DNA from: Antedon mediterranea
Lineage: Eukaryota > Animalia > Echinodermata
Length of the DNA stretch: 64,000 bases
Reading direction: 5' to 3'
NCBI RefSeq assembly: GCF_964355755.1
Contig: NC_092678.1
Coordinates: 15,667,881-15,731,880 of the forward strand
Position 1 is the stretch's first letter. Each line of letters starts with the position of its first letter. The notes below the pieces were generated by a model. It had not been told where the DNA came from. It ran no database searches and saw only the letters and a program-made list of their open reading frames with translations. Position numbers and translations under genes: made by a program. This document shows positions 26,201 to 38,700 of this stretch, piece after piece.

Positions 26201-29200
26201 GTGACGCTTTACGGTCGGCCGTGACGCTTAAAACCTTATCCGTGACGCTTAAAAATATCAACCACAACCAATCTAAAAATAGATTAACAGGCAGGTACTT
26301 TCTCTGGAGCTGAGGCGCGGCATGCATAAAGAGCCTATGCATACGCGACACGTCCACTAGACGATAAGCCAAAGAAACAAAAGACTGCGTAACAAAGTGT
26401 TAAACAACTGAGACTCGCTTTCACCGGCCGCCGCCGAGAGATGTAAACACGTGTTTTGTTACTGCCATGTCTCTCTTTCGATCTCTAGTACTGTATTGGC
26501 TGTCTAAAATGTGGTAACTTGTATATTGTAAATAAAGTAAATGATTGATTGTATTGTTTTTCTTGTAAAAATGTTATGTGTATTAAAAATAAATATCAAT
26601 GATATTATTATTTTCAATATCACACTGGATTAATCGACTCTATCGGTGGGATTTACTCTTTCGTCGGTAACATACGCCCATCATCAAATGACAAAGGCGT
26701 GATTGATTTTCTAGGCGCAATTCAATGCTAGCTGCTTTGATCGTATAATACAGTCAAGAAGGCTACAATTGTTTTGCTATTTGCTAGTGCGCTATGAAGT
26801 CTTATCTCCGGGCAACTAGAGGTGTCTTACTAATGAGTAGGCCTAGTTTTATTTCATCGGGACTTGCACCCAATGTTAATTGAACGCCAAAAAAAATGTT
26901 TTTTTATCGCATATGTTTACCCGCCGGCGGAAAAAAAAGTAGGCTACGATCGTTTTAATGTTTGCTAACGCGCTATGAAGTGTCGTTTCCGGCCAAATAC
27001 AGTTGCCTACTGATGAGTAGGCATATTTTTTCATTTATCGCGTATGTTTACCTGCGGAAAAGTAGGCACCGATCGGGTTGTTTGCTAGCGCGCTATGAAA
27101 TGTCCTTTCCGGCCAGTCCTACTGATGAGTAGGCATTTTATATTTCATCGGGGAATTCCCCTTGACGTTCGTAATGAACGCAAAAAAATTTTTCTTATCG
27201 CGTATGTTTACCGGCGGAAAAAGTAGGCTACGATAGTGGTGATGTTTGCTAGCGCGCTATAAAGTGTCCCTTCCGGCCAACTGCAGAGTTGTCCTACTGA
27301 TGAGTAGGCCTAGTTTTATTTCATCGGGGAATTCCCCTTGACGTTCGTATTGAACGCAAAAACAATTTTTTATCGCGTATGTTTACTGGCGGAAAAAGTA
27401 TGCTACAATGGTTTTACTGTTTGCTAGTGCGCTATAAAGTTTCGTTTCCGACAAACTGGAGTTAGTCCTACTGATGAGTAGGCTTATGCCTATTTTTTTT
27501 CATTGAGGACTTCCCCCTGACGTTCGTAATGAACGCAAAAAAATGTTTCTGTAGGCTACGATTGTTTTGCTGTTTGCTAGCGCGCTATAAGTGTTATTTC
27601 CGGCCAAACTAGAGGTGTCATTCAACATAAATGTTATGTGCGAGAGTACCATTTCCGGCCATCTAGGGTGTAAATTACCAAAAATCGCTTCGCCACAGCC
27701 CCAACCACATACCTTTCCAGGATTTTTCTTTTTTTATGGAAAAGTTACACTAAAGCTCTTTCTACACAATATCAAACATTATGTGTCAAAAAAATATGAT
27801 GTGCCAGTATATGGACACAATGACATCATATCACTACCATATTTGGGAACATCACATTTTTCCCTTGAAATACCGGAATGCTGTCCGACGAGGTTTAGTT
27901 TTTTACCAACCCCAAAACCAGTTCTAGAAATACCGGGATGGTGTTCGGCTGGGGATAGTTTCACCATGTAGTTTAAGTTCTATTTATTTGTTGTTAGCCG
28001 AAACCGTTCAATTCATTTCACTGTAAATGATAGTGTAAACAGAGCTTAAAAGTAAGATTATGATAGGTTACAAAATACAATGTTGGCAGAGTTTTATTTT
28101 TTGGGGAGAAAAATAAGGGAAGATATGACACACAATTAACTAAAGATTTAACCAAAATGATTTAGGATATGATAACATTATTAATTGATAGCAAATACTT
28201 ACTTCTCTCTTTTGTAGAATCATCTTCTTGTATTCTGGCATAGTGACCAGTTGCTAAGGTATCAGCACCAATTGTGTGAAGAGCGTGGTGCAGAAAATGA
28301 TCAAATTTGATATGTTTATTGCATAGAATGTCTGGGTTTGGTGTATATCCAGTCTGGTATTCATTTATCAGGTAGCTGAAGACAAATGGAAATAATGTAC
28401 TGTAGGGAAGATTATCTTATGCTTTGATACCACTAGAGAGGCAACAAAATGACGTAACGCAACGGATGGATTTAAACCATTGATCAACTCCCTTGCGTTG
28501 CATCTATGTCTTTGCGTTTCGTCTCTAGTGGGAACAAGACATAAAGCTCATAAACCATTTTTAGCCTCAGCCTATTATTAAAACTAAACTCCTCACTTAG
28601 ACCCAAAACATACGTTAGACTCACTTGTGGCATTACATATTTTTTCAGGTAGGTCAGCATACTTGAGCAAGAAGCAGATGGGGGTATTAATGATACCATG
28701 GGGTTTCCTAAAGGATAGTCCTCTAGGTGGGTTAATAATACGGGCCTGATTCTTAGTACCCACTAGGACGCAACGCAAATAATTTGACCAATCAAATTCT
28801 GTGATTATAAAAAGATACAGTAATTATTTAAAATTAGTTATTATTAAATTAATATCAACAAACCTGAATACATTGTGCCAATATTCTTTTACAAAATTAA
28901 CTTGTTGAAACGGAATTCCAAGTTTGTCACAAACATATTCTGCATCTTTTGCGTCGTTGTCTGCCACACATTCACCGTGTTCATCTACGACATCCCAATT
29001 TTTCATAAACACTCCAGTCACTTTATATCCTTTGTACAAAAAAAGTTGCATAATAATTTCAAAATTTTGTTTAGCAATATTGCTAATGAAACTGATTTTT
29101 GATTCGAGAAACATAGTTTTGTATTGTATTTTTTGCTACACAATTGTACAAATGTGTACTGTAGCAATAAGGTTGTTTTGTATAGCTTTTTGCTATGCTA

Positions 29201-30228
29201 CACTGGCGAAATTATTCCCTGAATACTACATACTTCTTTCTTTAGGAACACAGCCTGTACAGCAAAGGATTCCTATCTCTGTCTACACTATCAAACTTTA
29301 TGTGAAAACAAAATGTAATGTGCCATACAAGGACTCGATGTCATCACTACCATATTTGGGTACATCACACTTTTTTTTGTCAAACTAGTAGTAGTTTGAT
29401 AGTGTAAACTTAGAGTGACAGTCACATTAATGTCGTCCTTTCACAAACTCTTGTTAATTTTGTTTTGAAAGTCTTTGGATATGGAAATTCAATGTCGTGA
29501 AAAAAAATCATGATTTGACTTCTGATAGGATTTGAACTCTGACAGGATTTGAACTCTGACAGGATTTGACTGCAAGAACATTAAATAAGCTATTTTTTAT
29601 TAAATCAAGTTATTACTTTTGCCTAAAAAAATGATAATGATGACAATGACAAAATAAACAGTTAAATTTATAAGAAAAAGAAACCCATTGGGAATGAAAT
29701 TTAAATTACAGTTATCAGTAAATATTTTTAATTTTTGATCCAATTTTTGTTTAATAAAGTAAACAACATTAAAAAAAAATTGGCCATATTTAACAGTGAT
29801 GTTTTAAAAATTAATTTTTTATTGGGCAATACATTTTTGACATTATTTCTTGTATCCCTACTTTTGAAAACTAAATGTATTAAATAGAGGGCGCTATATA
29901 ATTATAGATGTACTGTAAACCAAATAGGTTTTGCCAGTTGAATGTTCGAACATTAGACTGGGGACTGTATGGATTTCATCATCATATTTTCTCACCATTG
30001 CCTAGAGGGAATTGTTAGGCTTCGAAGGCTAGAGGCCCGATTTTCTCAATACTGTACCAGAGCAAAAGATACGGTACAGTATCCCTAGCCACAGGGTATA
30101 TTGAAATAGGTTCATATTTTACCTTGACTTTTAAGGATCAATGCAGCAACAGCACTGTCCACACCACCTGACATTGCACATGCCACATGACTTATGCACC
30201 TTGACATTCCATATACGGTGCTTTTCAT
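19685..30228 (-). CDS. TRMU: Mitochondrial tRNA-specific 2-thiouridylase (MnmA/MTU1 family), 10 coding exons
   Basis: Exons 30228 (or 30207)-30123, 29029-28864, 28375-28203, 25865-25693, 25155-25102, 24498-24432, 23704-23604, 22935-22794, 22149-22067, 19804-19685, all GT-AG and in phase. Motifs [63 protein letters not shown]. Confidence 0.97.
20317..21477. repeat. 55-copy 21-bp tandem array CAYATCACTACCATATTTGGG inside a family-A MITE, in the last TRMU intron
   Basis: 1161 bp equals 55x21 plus one 6-bp insertion near 20495; followed by the MITE right TIR ending at 21510 and TTA. Confidence 0.98.
21774..22014. mobile_element. TA-flanked MITE (pogo/Tc1-like) with internal GAAAAGAAGCCCATCTC repeats
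   Basis: TA-CCGTAAAACCT ... AGGTTTTACAG-TA; relatives at about 23843-24110, 51600-51750 and 52956-53479. Confidence 0.7.
23142..23530 (+). mobile_element. tRNA-derived SINE with Deu-domain-like core
   Basis: A-box TGGCCGAGCGG, B-box-like GGTTCAAGG, core GATAAGGACTATAAACCGTAGG..TAAAGAACC..GAGTAGG, (AAT)n tail; shorter sister copy at about 22975-23075. Confidence 0.7.
26142..27620. repeat. Probable hAT-like element end (CAGTGTTCTCCCCAG, CCGTGACGCT x5) followed by about 5 diverged 130-180-bp tandem units
   Basis: GCTAGCGCGCTAT..TTCCGGCCAA..CTACTGATGAGTAGGC..TATCGCGTATGTTTAC recurs over 26760-27620; no clean second TIR. Confidence 0.65.
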
Positions 30229-30348
30229 TATACATTAGTCATAAACACCATTGTACACCACACACCACTGAAGTGAAATCTATGAAATACAACGAAGGCA
30301 ATTTAACAAACATATTATTTAGACTTATAATTCATACTTTTATCCTAA

Positions 30349-30647
30349 CACTTTGACTGCCAAACACGGAGATCTTCGTGTTTGGAAACCCAACGCTTGC
30401 CTGCCAAACACGGAGATCTCCGTGTTTTTTTTTCGAAATCCGGTAGATACTGTAGGTTAATTATTGGTGTTATCAATGGACACTATATTCGGTCTGGACT
30501 GTAAATATTTTACTATTTGAAAGTAACTAATCTGGTTACGAACGACTGTCAAAACGGTACCTGTCGAAACATCAACATACACCGCGCATCACTGTAGCGT
30601 GTAGAGCGATGGTTTGGCGCGTTGTGTATGCTTTGGCAGTCAAAGTG
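30349..30647. mobile_element. piggyBac-like MITE, 299 bp
   Basis: TIRs CACTTTGACTGCCAAA / TTTGGCAGTCAAAGTG; flanks CTAA and TTAA. Confidence 0.8.
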
Positions 30648-30763
30648 TTAATTGATTTAAAAATACAACATTTAAATGGCATATTCGATAACATAACTTT
30701 ACAGTTAAGCATGGGTTTTTCTATCCGTTGTGTACTGTATTCATTAATGCTACATTAATTTAA

Positions 30764-32540
30764 CACTTTGACTGCCAAACACGAAGATCTTCGTTTTTGG
30801 AAACACAACGCTTGACTGCCAAACACGAAGATCTTCGTATTTCGCATTTTTTTACGAAATCCGGTAGATAGGTTAATTATTGGTATATACTATAAATATG
30901 GACACTATATTCGGTCTGGACCGTGAATAATTTACTTTTTGAAAGCAACTAATCTGGTTACGAACGATTGTCAAAATGGTACCTGTCGAAATAACATACA
31001 CCGCGCATCACAGTAGCGCGTACAGCGATGGTTTGGCGCATTGTGTATCGGTCGCGCGCTAGCTATGCCGCCGAAGCATTACAAAGGTTTATGTGGATTG
31101 GCATGTTTGTTTGTTATCTGAATAAAAAATAATGGATGAATTTTCAATATGAAGTCTTTAATTTTATTATTGTATGTATATCCTAATTGTTTTGGTGTTT
31201 CACTGTAAGTGGCCGAGTTTCACGCAACAAACTTGTTTAGAAATGGTATAAATATTATCATCAGTTTACTAGCTAGGCTAGTAGTACTAGGCTATAGCCT
31301 AGGCCTAGTCGTAAAACGGTTCCGGACCAACTTTAGGCCTAGTTAACTAGGCCTGGTGTCTTTACTATGTGGATTTTGGCGAAACATTGATGTAAGATTT
31401 ATGATTTATGAAATGTAATACATTTTTCGATAGTGATAACTTGTTTTTATAGGCCTACCGGTGCCGTGTAAGTAACTTTTTCGTTGTTTGTTTATCTCCC
31501 CGGGCGATATTTTCATATTGTGATGTCTTGCACAAAATCGCGAATATCTCGACTTTCTTGCGCGAAACTACGAAAAACTCAAAAAGTGAGTTACTTTCAT
31601 TTTACTATTACGATTTACATATAGCGATTTGAAAGCTAAAATCTTTATGATTATTTTAGTCTAAATTACATGTAAATCAGATCACATACATAGTTTCAAT
31701 CAGCTTTAATAAAACGCCGTGGTTAGGATTCCGGCACCGGAACTCAACTGCCCACCGTTAGGGAATCCGACACGCTATTGCGCATGCTCATAGCTCTGGG
31801 AAGTGAATTATAGCTTGCACTTATAGAGTGCCACACACACCACACCACCGAGAGTCGGAGTGTTATAGGGATTTACTGTAGCCTAGATAGTCGTTGCGCG
31901 AGCGAGAGCGATGGATGAAACTTGGCCTATGCCATACATGAATTAATAATTAAAATACGACTACGCCACGCGTTAAAATAATTATAATGATATTAATAAG
32001 TATCAGTATCTATCTAAGAATCTTAATCCTGTTTTTAGCGTTGCGACCCTGACTTTCCGAACAGTTTTCACATCCACGCGGTGGCTGCCGTCAACAAATC
32101 AACGTGTGATTGCATGTTGTTATGTACAGTATAATGCGTTATGAAAAATCATAAAACTAGTCATGTAATTATATAATTCATAATGATATGAAGTTTATAT
32201 ATGAATGAAGAAACCACAATTTAATTAAAAAATAAATAGGCCCACTGGTCACGTCTAACTGGTAGCCCTAGCCTAGATTAGTGGATACCGTATTAGTAGG
32301 CATCTAGGCTAGTTCGCCGTGTGGCGCAGCTATGAAATGATCCATCGCTGTTGTTGATAGGTATAGAGTCGCCGATTACCTCGCTCTGGGCATGCGCAAT
32401 AGCGTGTCGGATTCCCTAACGCTGGGCAGTTGAGTTCCGGTGCCGGAATCCTAACCACGGCGTTAATAAAAACATTGAATTGGGCTATAAACGCTGGCGG
32501 TGGCAGTTTCTAACTGGAAAAACCTCTGGCAGTCAAAGTG
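30764..32540. mobile_element. Longer non-autonomous piggyBac-like element of the same family
   Basis: TTAA-CACTTTGACTGCCA ... TGGCAGTCAAAGTG-TTAA; the first ~285 bp closely match 30349-30630. Confidence 0.85.
31715..32462. mobile_element. Mutator-like non-autonomous element, 748 bp, nested in the piggyBac-like element
   Basis: About 73-bp TIRs starting CGCCGTGGTTAGGATTCCGGCACCGGAAC; 9-bp duplication TTAATAAAA (31706-31714, 32463-32471). Confidence 0.85.
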
Positions 32541-32606
32541 TTAAAGAGAAGCATACTCTCTGTCTGGCTGTCAGAATTGCTTGGTCCAGAAATGAAGGTG
32601 TGGGTG

Positions 32607-35600
32607 GGGTGTGTCGAAAGCGAAGACCTCGAAAGCGAAGATCGAAGACCGAAGACTTCGAAAGCGAAGACCCTACGAAATGGTAGTGTGCACAAAATCC
32701 CACCAAAATCATACAAAATCGTGATAACACCTTGAATTTACAGATCCTGAAAAAATATTTCAATTTTAATCGTTATATTATAAAAAATCATGACTTTATC
32801 TATGAACAAGCTCCCGTGTTTTTGCCAATCGAGTTAATATGTGATATAGTTTTACGAACAAACACATCGCGCTATTTGCAAGGCGACGGACGCACAAGAA
32901 GGACCTCGCACATGAAATGTCACTTGTTCCGATAACAATTTAAAATCATAGCCAATTGTTTATAAGTATAGAAATAAACTACAGTAAGTAAATTGTAAGA
33001 AGTAAAGGATGGCGGTAGGCCCGGTATTTAGGTTTATTTTAGAGCCTATAGGCCTATAAAAAGTGTCCGTATATCATAGATTTTACACTTGCTTTTAAAT
33101 GTTAGGTACAGAGATCTTTTTTGCCTTTAAATATGTTGCTATGTGTTTTTTATCTATAATATTTGCCTATTGTTTATTATCTAAATATATGAATAAATAC
33201 AATAAGATATTCATTTTCCTGTATTGTATTTAAACTTTTACATTTTCCCATTGTAACTATTGCTATTTTACTTAATCGCCAGTTTCAAACTGTTTTCTAA
33301 TGAGAAATCAGAATTTGAATACAGTATTATTTTTTACTTTGACAATAGACAAATAATAGGGCCTATATCAGTATCAGAATATTTAGTGTGGTTGGAGAAG
33401 CGACAGATGATGTAAAGAAAAATGTAATTTTTTTTTGGTTAATGAAATATTTAATTTCCTTTTTTGGAAAATAAATATTTCATTAACCAACGTATGAACC
33501 ACTAAACAAAAAAAATTCTGCCGCAACGTATCGTTGGCGCGCGCAAATCTATCTATCTATCTTCTATCTATTTTGCATCCCCTCTTACGATCGAGAATCA
33601 TGATGAACGTAATAAAGCAGAAATGGTGTTGAACACATCGGTTCCCACTTGTGATGACACGCAACGTTATTTTCTTACGGCGCACTTTGCGTCGATCTGA
33701 AAACCAATTTCAGCTCTTAAAATATTTCCCGGGCCAATGACAGTTCGTCCCAATAGCTTACCGTGAACTAACGGAACTTTATTTTATATCTTTGTATTGT
33801 CAAAGTAAAAAATAATACTGTATTCAAATTCTGATTTGACAAAAGGCTAATACTGTAGAACGAACGATAGACATCACACTCTGAAAATTTTTCTTGGTCG
33901 TTAACCCGTTATAATAGTATAATTCTGTTAGATTTGTTTGTATTAGTGTCAATTCTATATTTAAATGGTCAACAACCGGTAACCTGTTTCTTAATTAAAA
34001 TTTAGAAGCGGGACGTCGACAATCTGTTGAAAATCGGGAGACTGTTGAATAGTCGTCTCAACCACAAGCCTGTGAGATAGAAGGTTGGGGGTTAGAGTGG
34101 TTAAGCCCGATAAACATTCACCATCACTTAATAAAGATTTATAGAGAGTATCTCTTTTTGTATTCACCACGGGCAATGCTTGAAAACAAAAGTCAGTTTT
34201 TTATTTGATGATGAGGAAAATTGTGGTTGGCGGGACTGGAACTTCATTAAACTAATCTTTTGACAGTGTCGGTAAACGTAATACCGATATGAATAAACAC
34301 CCGTTTTAATATTGAAAAATAAATTAAACGTGAACACACTATCGTCACTAATCACATTGCAACCGTAACAAAATCGGCAACTTGTAATTTTGGAGGGAAT
34401 ATTTTTTATTTCAATCTTTGTTTTGAATGGCTTTTGTCTTTGTGAACGTTGACATAATGGCATAATTATTCGGAATTATGGAAGCCGTGAAACAGATGAT
34501 ATGTCGCAGGAAACGACCGATTTATAACCAAAATTTGCAGAACGTTGATGCCTATATCGTTCGTTCTTTTTACTTAATTTCTTGTCAAATCATAATTTGA
34601 ATATATTCTGCCAAATTTGGCCCGGGAAATATTTTAAGAGCTGGAATTAGTTTCCAGATCGACGCAAAGTGCGCCTTAAGAACAAACTTGCGTGTCATCA
34701 TAAGTGGGAACCGACGTGTTCAACACCGACTGCTTTACGTTCATCATGATTCTCGATCGTAAAGAGGGGATGCAAAAATAGATAGAAGAGTATTTTCTTA
34801 TGTTGCGCGCGCGTCAATACGATACGTTGCGGTAGGATGTTTTCGTTTAGTAGTTCATACGTTGGTTAATGAAATATTTATTTTACATTTTTCTTCTTTA
34901 CATAGTACTGTCGCTTCGCCAACCACACTAACCGATACTGATAATATTATTTGTCCATTATGAATACATTAGAAAAACATTTTTAAACTGGCGAATAATT
35001 AAATCAGTAATACTGTAGTATTGGCTACAACGGGGAAAATGTACAAGTTTAAAATACTATACAGAATAACTAAAAGAAAATAAATATCTTATTGTATTTA
35101 TTCATACATTTAGACAATAGGCAAATATTATAGATAATAAATATACATCAACATAATAATATTTAAATGCAAAAAAAAGGATCTCTAAGTTGTATTCACG
35201 CGTAGGCCTACGTATAACATTTTTAAAAACAAGTGTAAAATCTATGATACGGACACTTTTTATAGGCCTATAGGCTCTAAAATTAGGCTAAATAAGCATA
35301 TGGCCATCCTTTACTTCTTACAATTTACTTACTTTAATTTATTTAATTTACTGTAGTTTATTTCTATACTTCTCTATACAGTTGGCTATGGCTTTAAATT
35401 GTAGGCGACGTGTGCTACAATACAAAGTTATCGGAAAAAGTGACATTTAATATTGCATTCAATTCGAGGTCCTTCCTTGTGTGTCCGTCGCCTTGCAAAT
35501 AGCGCGATGTGTTTGTTCGTAAAACTATATCACATATTAACTCCATTGGCGAAAACACGTGAGCTTGTTCATAGATAAAGTCATGTTTTTTGATAACATA

Positions 35601-35758
35601 ACGATTAAAATCGAAATATTTTTTTAGAATCTGTAAATTCAAGGTGTTATCATCGATTTTGGTCGGATTTTGTGCACACTACCATTTCGTAGGGTCTTCG
35701 CTTTCGAGGTCTTCGGTCTTCGATCTTCGCTTTCGAGGTCTTCGCTTTCGACACACCC
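32607..35758. mobile_element. Foldback / Mutator-like element, 3152 bp, with ~1.2-kb inverted arms
   Basis: Arms about 32607-33875 and 34548-35758 are diverged reverse complements; terminal CGAAAGCGAAGA repeats; 10-bp duplication GGTGTGGGTG (32597-32606, 35759-35768). Confidence 0.9.
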
Positions 35759-38700
35759 GGTGTGGGTGTAGGGGCGTAGGTACACTCTCTCTAGGCGTAC
35801 AAGGTCCTACTAGGCTAGGCTTAGACTAGTACAGTAGTAGACCTATAACCTAGGCCTAGCCCTGGCCTAGCGATAGCGTGTAATATACTACCAGGGCCGC
35901 CTACGGTAATCTTCGTCGTCGCCCAGTATTGCCCACCAACAGTGGGGTTATTATGATATAAAAACTTACCTTCTAGCCTGGCTAGGCCTGTATTCAATTA
36001 ACTATTTTTTTAGCTTATAATATTGATATTGTGAATCGTGGTGATCACTTTACTCGCAAATAATTATAGGCCCTAAACCCCAAACAAGTACATCTCAGTA
36101 TACGCACGTTTTTTACCCGCTTGCGCCGATTACTCGTCCACCACCCGTCGTCCCATCCATCCCCACCGAACCACCCAACCGTGTCGTGATCATCCATTAA
36201 AGTACGCCACCAACGTTTCCAACAAGTTTTTAAATGCATTGACATTGTAAATGTAAATATTTAAAAAACATTGAAATTAATTAATTGTCAGTTTTACACA
36301 ATGACGTATTTATATTAAAATATGGCGCTAATGTAGCTTCATACACACAATTTAAAATACTTAGTTTGCATTTTCCTATTTAGAGTCAGTGCATGGAGTA
36401 AAGAAATGAAAAAAAAAACAACGCGCGACCACCATTATTCATTGCGCGGATTGTTGAGGATAGCTGACCTCAGTTCGAGTGTGGCATTTCGTTTCGATTG
36501 TGTACGGAGACTGTTATTGTTGACCTATAAAAAGTTTTTCACCATAAGCATAATAATAGTACGGTACTACACCCAGGCCTTGGCCGATAATAATGTGAAA
36601 AAAGGTTAATCAATTTTTTTTTTCACTTCAACAATTATTATTGCTCTAACCAATAATATAAGAATTCAACCCAGAATTCAACGTCTAAATAAAGTTCTGA
36701 CCTATCTCCTGTTATGAATACGTTGCTTCCACACAGCGTTATTTTATAAAATCATTTTTTTGTTCACTACATCAAAAACACATTAAAAAACAAAACCATA
36801 CATTAAACAAAGAATTCAACATGTTGCATTTTTTTAACTAAGAAAACCTCTGCAAATACTATTATCAACTTCTACTTTATTGCATACTTTTACAGTAAGA
36901 AAGCGTTATTTTTCACATTGGGAAATTAAAAAAATACACAATAATTTGGTAAACATTGTACTGTTAGTACTTTGACAAAACAGATTTCTTCCATAGATCA
37001 ATCGATTTATAAGGAAATATATTACACATATTAGGATATAATACACATGTATATATACACATTACATACATTAAAAAAAAATTTAAAAATATAAAAAAAG
37101 CGAAAAAAGCTAAATCAAGACGATAAAGTAAAACAGCCAGAAAAGTTAGCAGAGCTTTAAATTGTGGGTAGAATTGATGTTTTTGTCGAGTATATTTATC
37201 GTGGACAACTGAGCATAAAATGAAATTATTTTGAACAATCGCTGGGAGTAAGAGAAGCAGTATATAATTTTATTAAATTATAAAGAAGAGTTTAAAAAAA
37301 TAAAAAAATTGTTTGTCTGAGTGCCTTTTTGCAATATGTATAAACAATTTAAATTAGTTTTAGGTATTACTTCAGACTTCACAACAATATGTAAAAGGAT
37401 ATTGTGGTCGATGGTATCAAACGCCTTTTTTTTAAGTCAATAAAAATTCCGATTGTATAGTTAGACCTAAGTATACACTCGGAAAAGTGAAGCAATGCAT
37501 GACTAGTGGACATATTTTTCCTGAAACTAAATTGTCCTGAATAAAATATCGAATTTTTCCATAAATTTCAACAGACGACGAGTGTTAGAAAATTGGGGCA
37601 ATATAGAGATCGGTCGATAATTTGAGAAACTACTTTTATCCCCAGCTTTGTAGATTGGAACAATTTTTTGCAATCTTAAGGGTAATTAAGGACAGAAACC
37701 ATTCTACTTTCATTTAAAAATGAAGAGTGGATGGGCAAGATTATTGACATTGGAATAACATCACTACTCGTGGAACCACCAGCTGCTGAAGGAAGTTACA
37801 TCAAGCGACATCTTCGCTCTCTGCTTTGCTATGTGTGAAGTAGCCCTGGCAGCATTATCACATTTAAGACAAGAAATGACCTGGTTTAATGTTTTTAAAG
37901 TTATATAATAATATGCATTATTTTTACAAAACGTCAAAAATTGCAGGTATAATGTCTCTAACAACAACATCGAGAGAAAAAGAGTACAGTAATTCCGATC
38001 TGCACTGCGAAGCGTGCATCAGACAGTTTGTATTGAAAGTATGATGTCATGAACTCAGGCATGCAGCAACATGAATAGTCATGATATACACATGCCCTCT
38101 ATAGTTTCTGCCTTAATCTAATAGAAAAAAAATAATGTCTCCCCGTTGGCAGCAACTAAATGAGTTTGCCGTGAGGAGATGCAAGAAAACTCGACCACTG
38201 ATTGGTGATCTCATCTCTCTTCTATCCCACCTTAATTATTTCTGATAGAATTTAACTACCAGTATAACGCAGTATGTTCAAATACAATAATTAATATTAA
38301 TATTTTACACTGATTGAATATGTTTTAAAATAACGTTGCAACTTTCAAAATGTGCAATATTTGGATTATAATAATTATTTATAGATTTTTTATACAAAGA
38401 AAATGTATTAAAACATTACCGGTATGGTTTAATAATTTTTATGGCAAATACAGGTTTTGGTGAAACTTTACTAACAAAATAACGTCTCAACAGTGTTTGT
38501 TGTTTATTTAGACAATAACATTGATATACAATAAATCATTTAGTTTTCGTTGTAAAAACTGAAAAATGTTTCTTTCCTGACTGATCATAGCGAAATGTTG
38601 TAGCGATGTTTCGACTGAAAGCGGCAATAACGAGAGGTGGTCGAATAGAAGCGGTTTCTTAAGAGAGGTGGTCGCTTACGAGGGATTAAGTGGTCGCTGA

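Noticed and set aside
32480-32935. Short ORFs here and their mirror images at 35415-35829
   Set aside because: They are translations of the foldback inverted arms, which explains the duplicate peptides on opposite strands.
36045-37970. Short ORFs at 36045-36245, 36406-36609 and 37764-37970
   Set aside because: No recognisable domain and no consistent exon chain.
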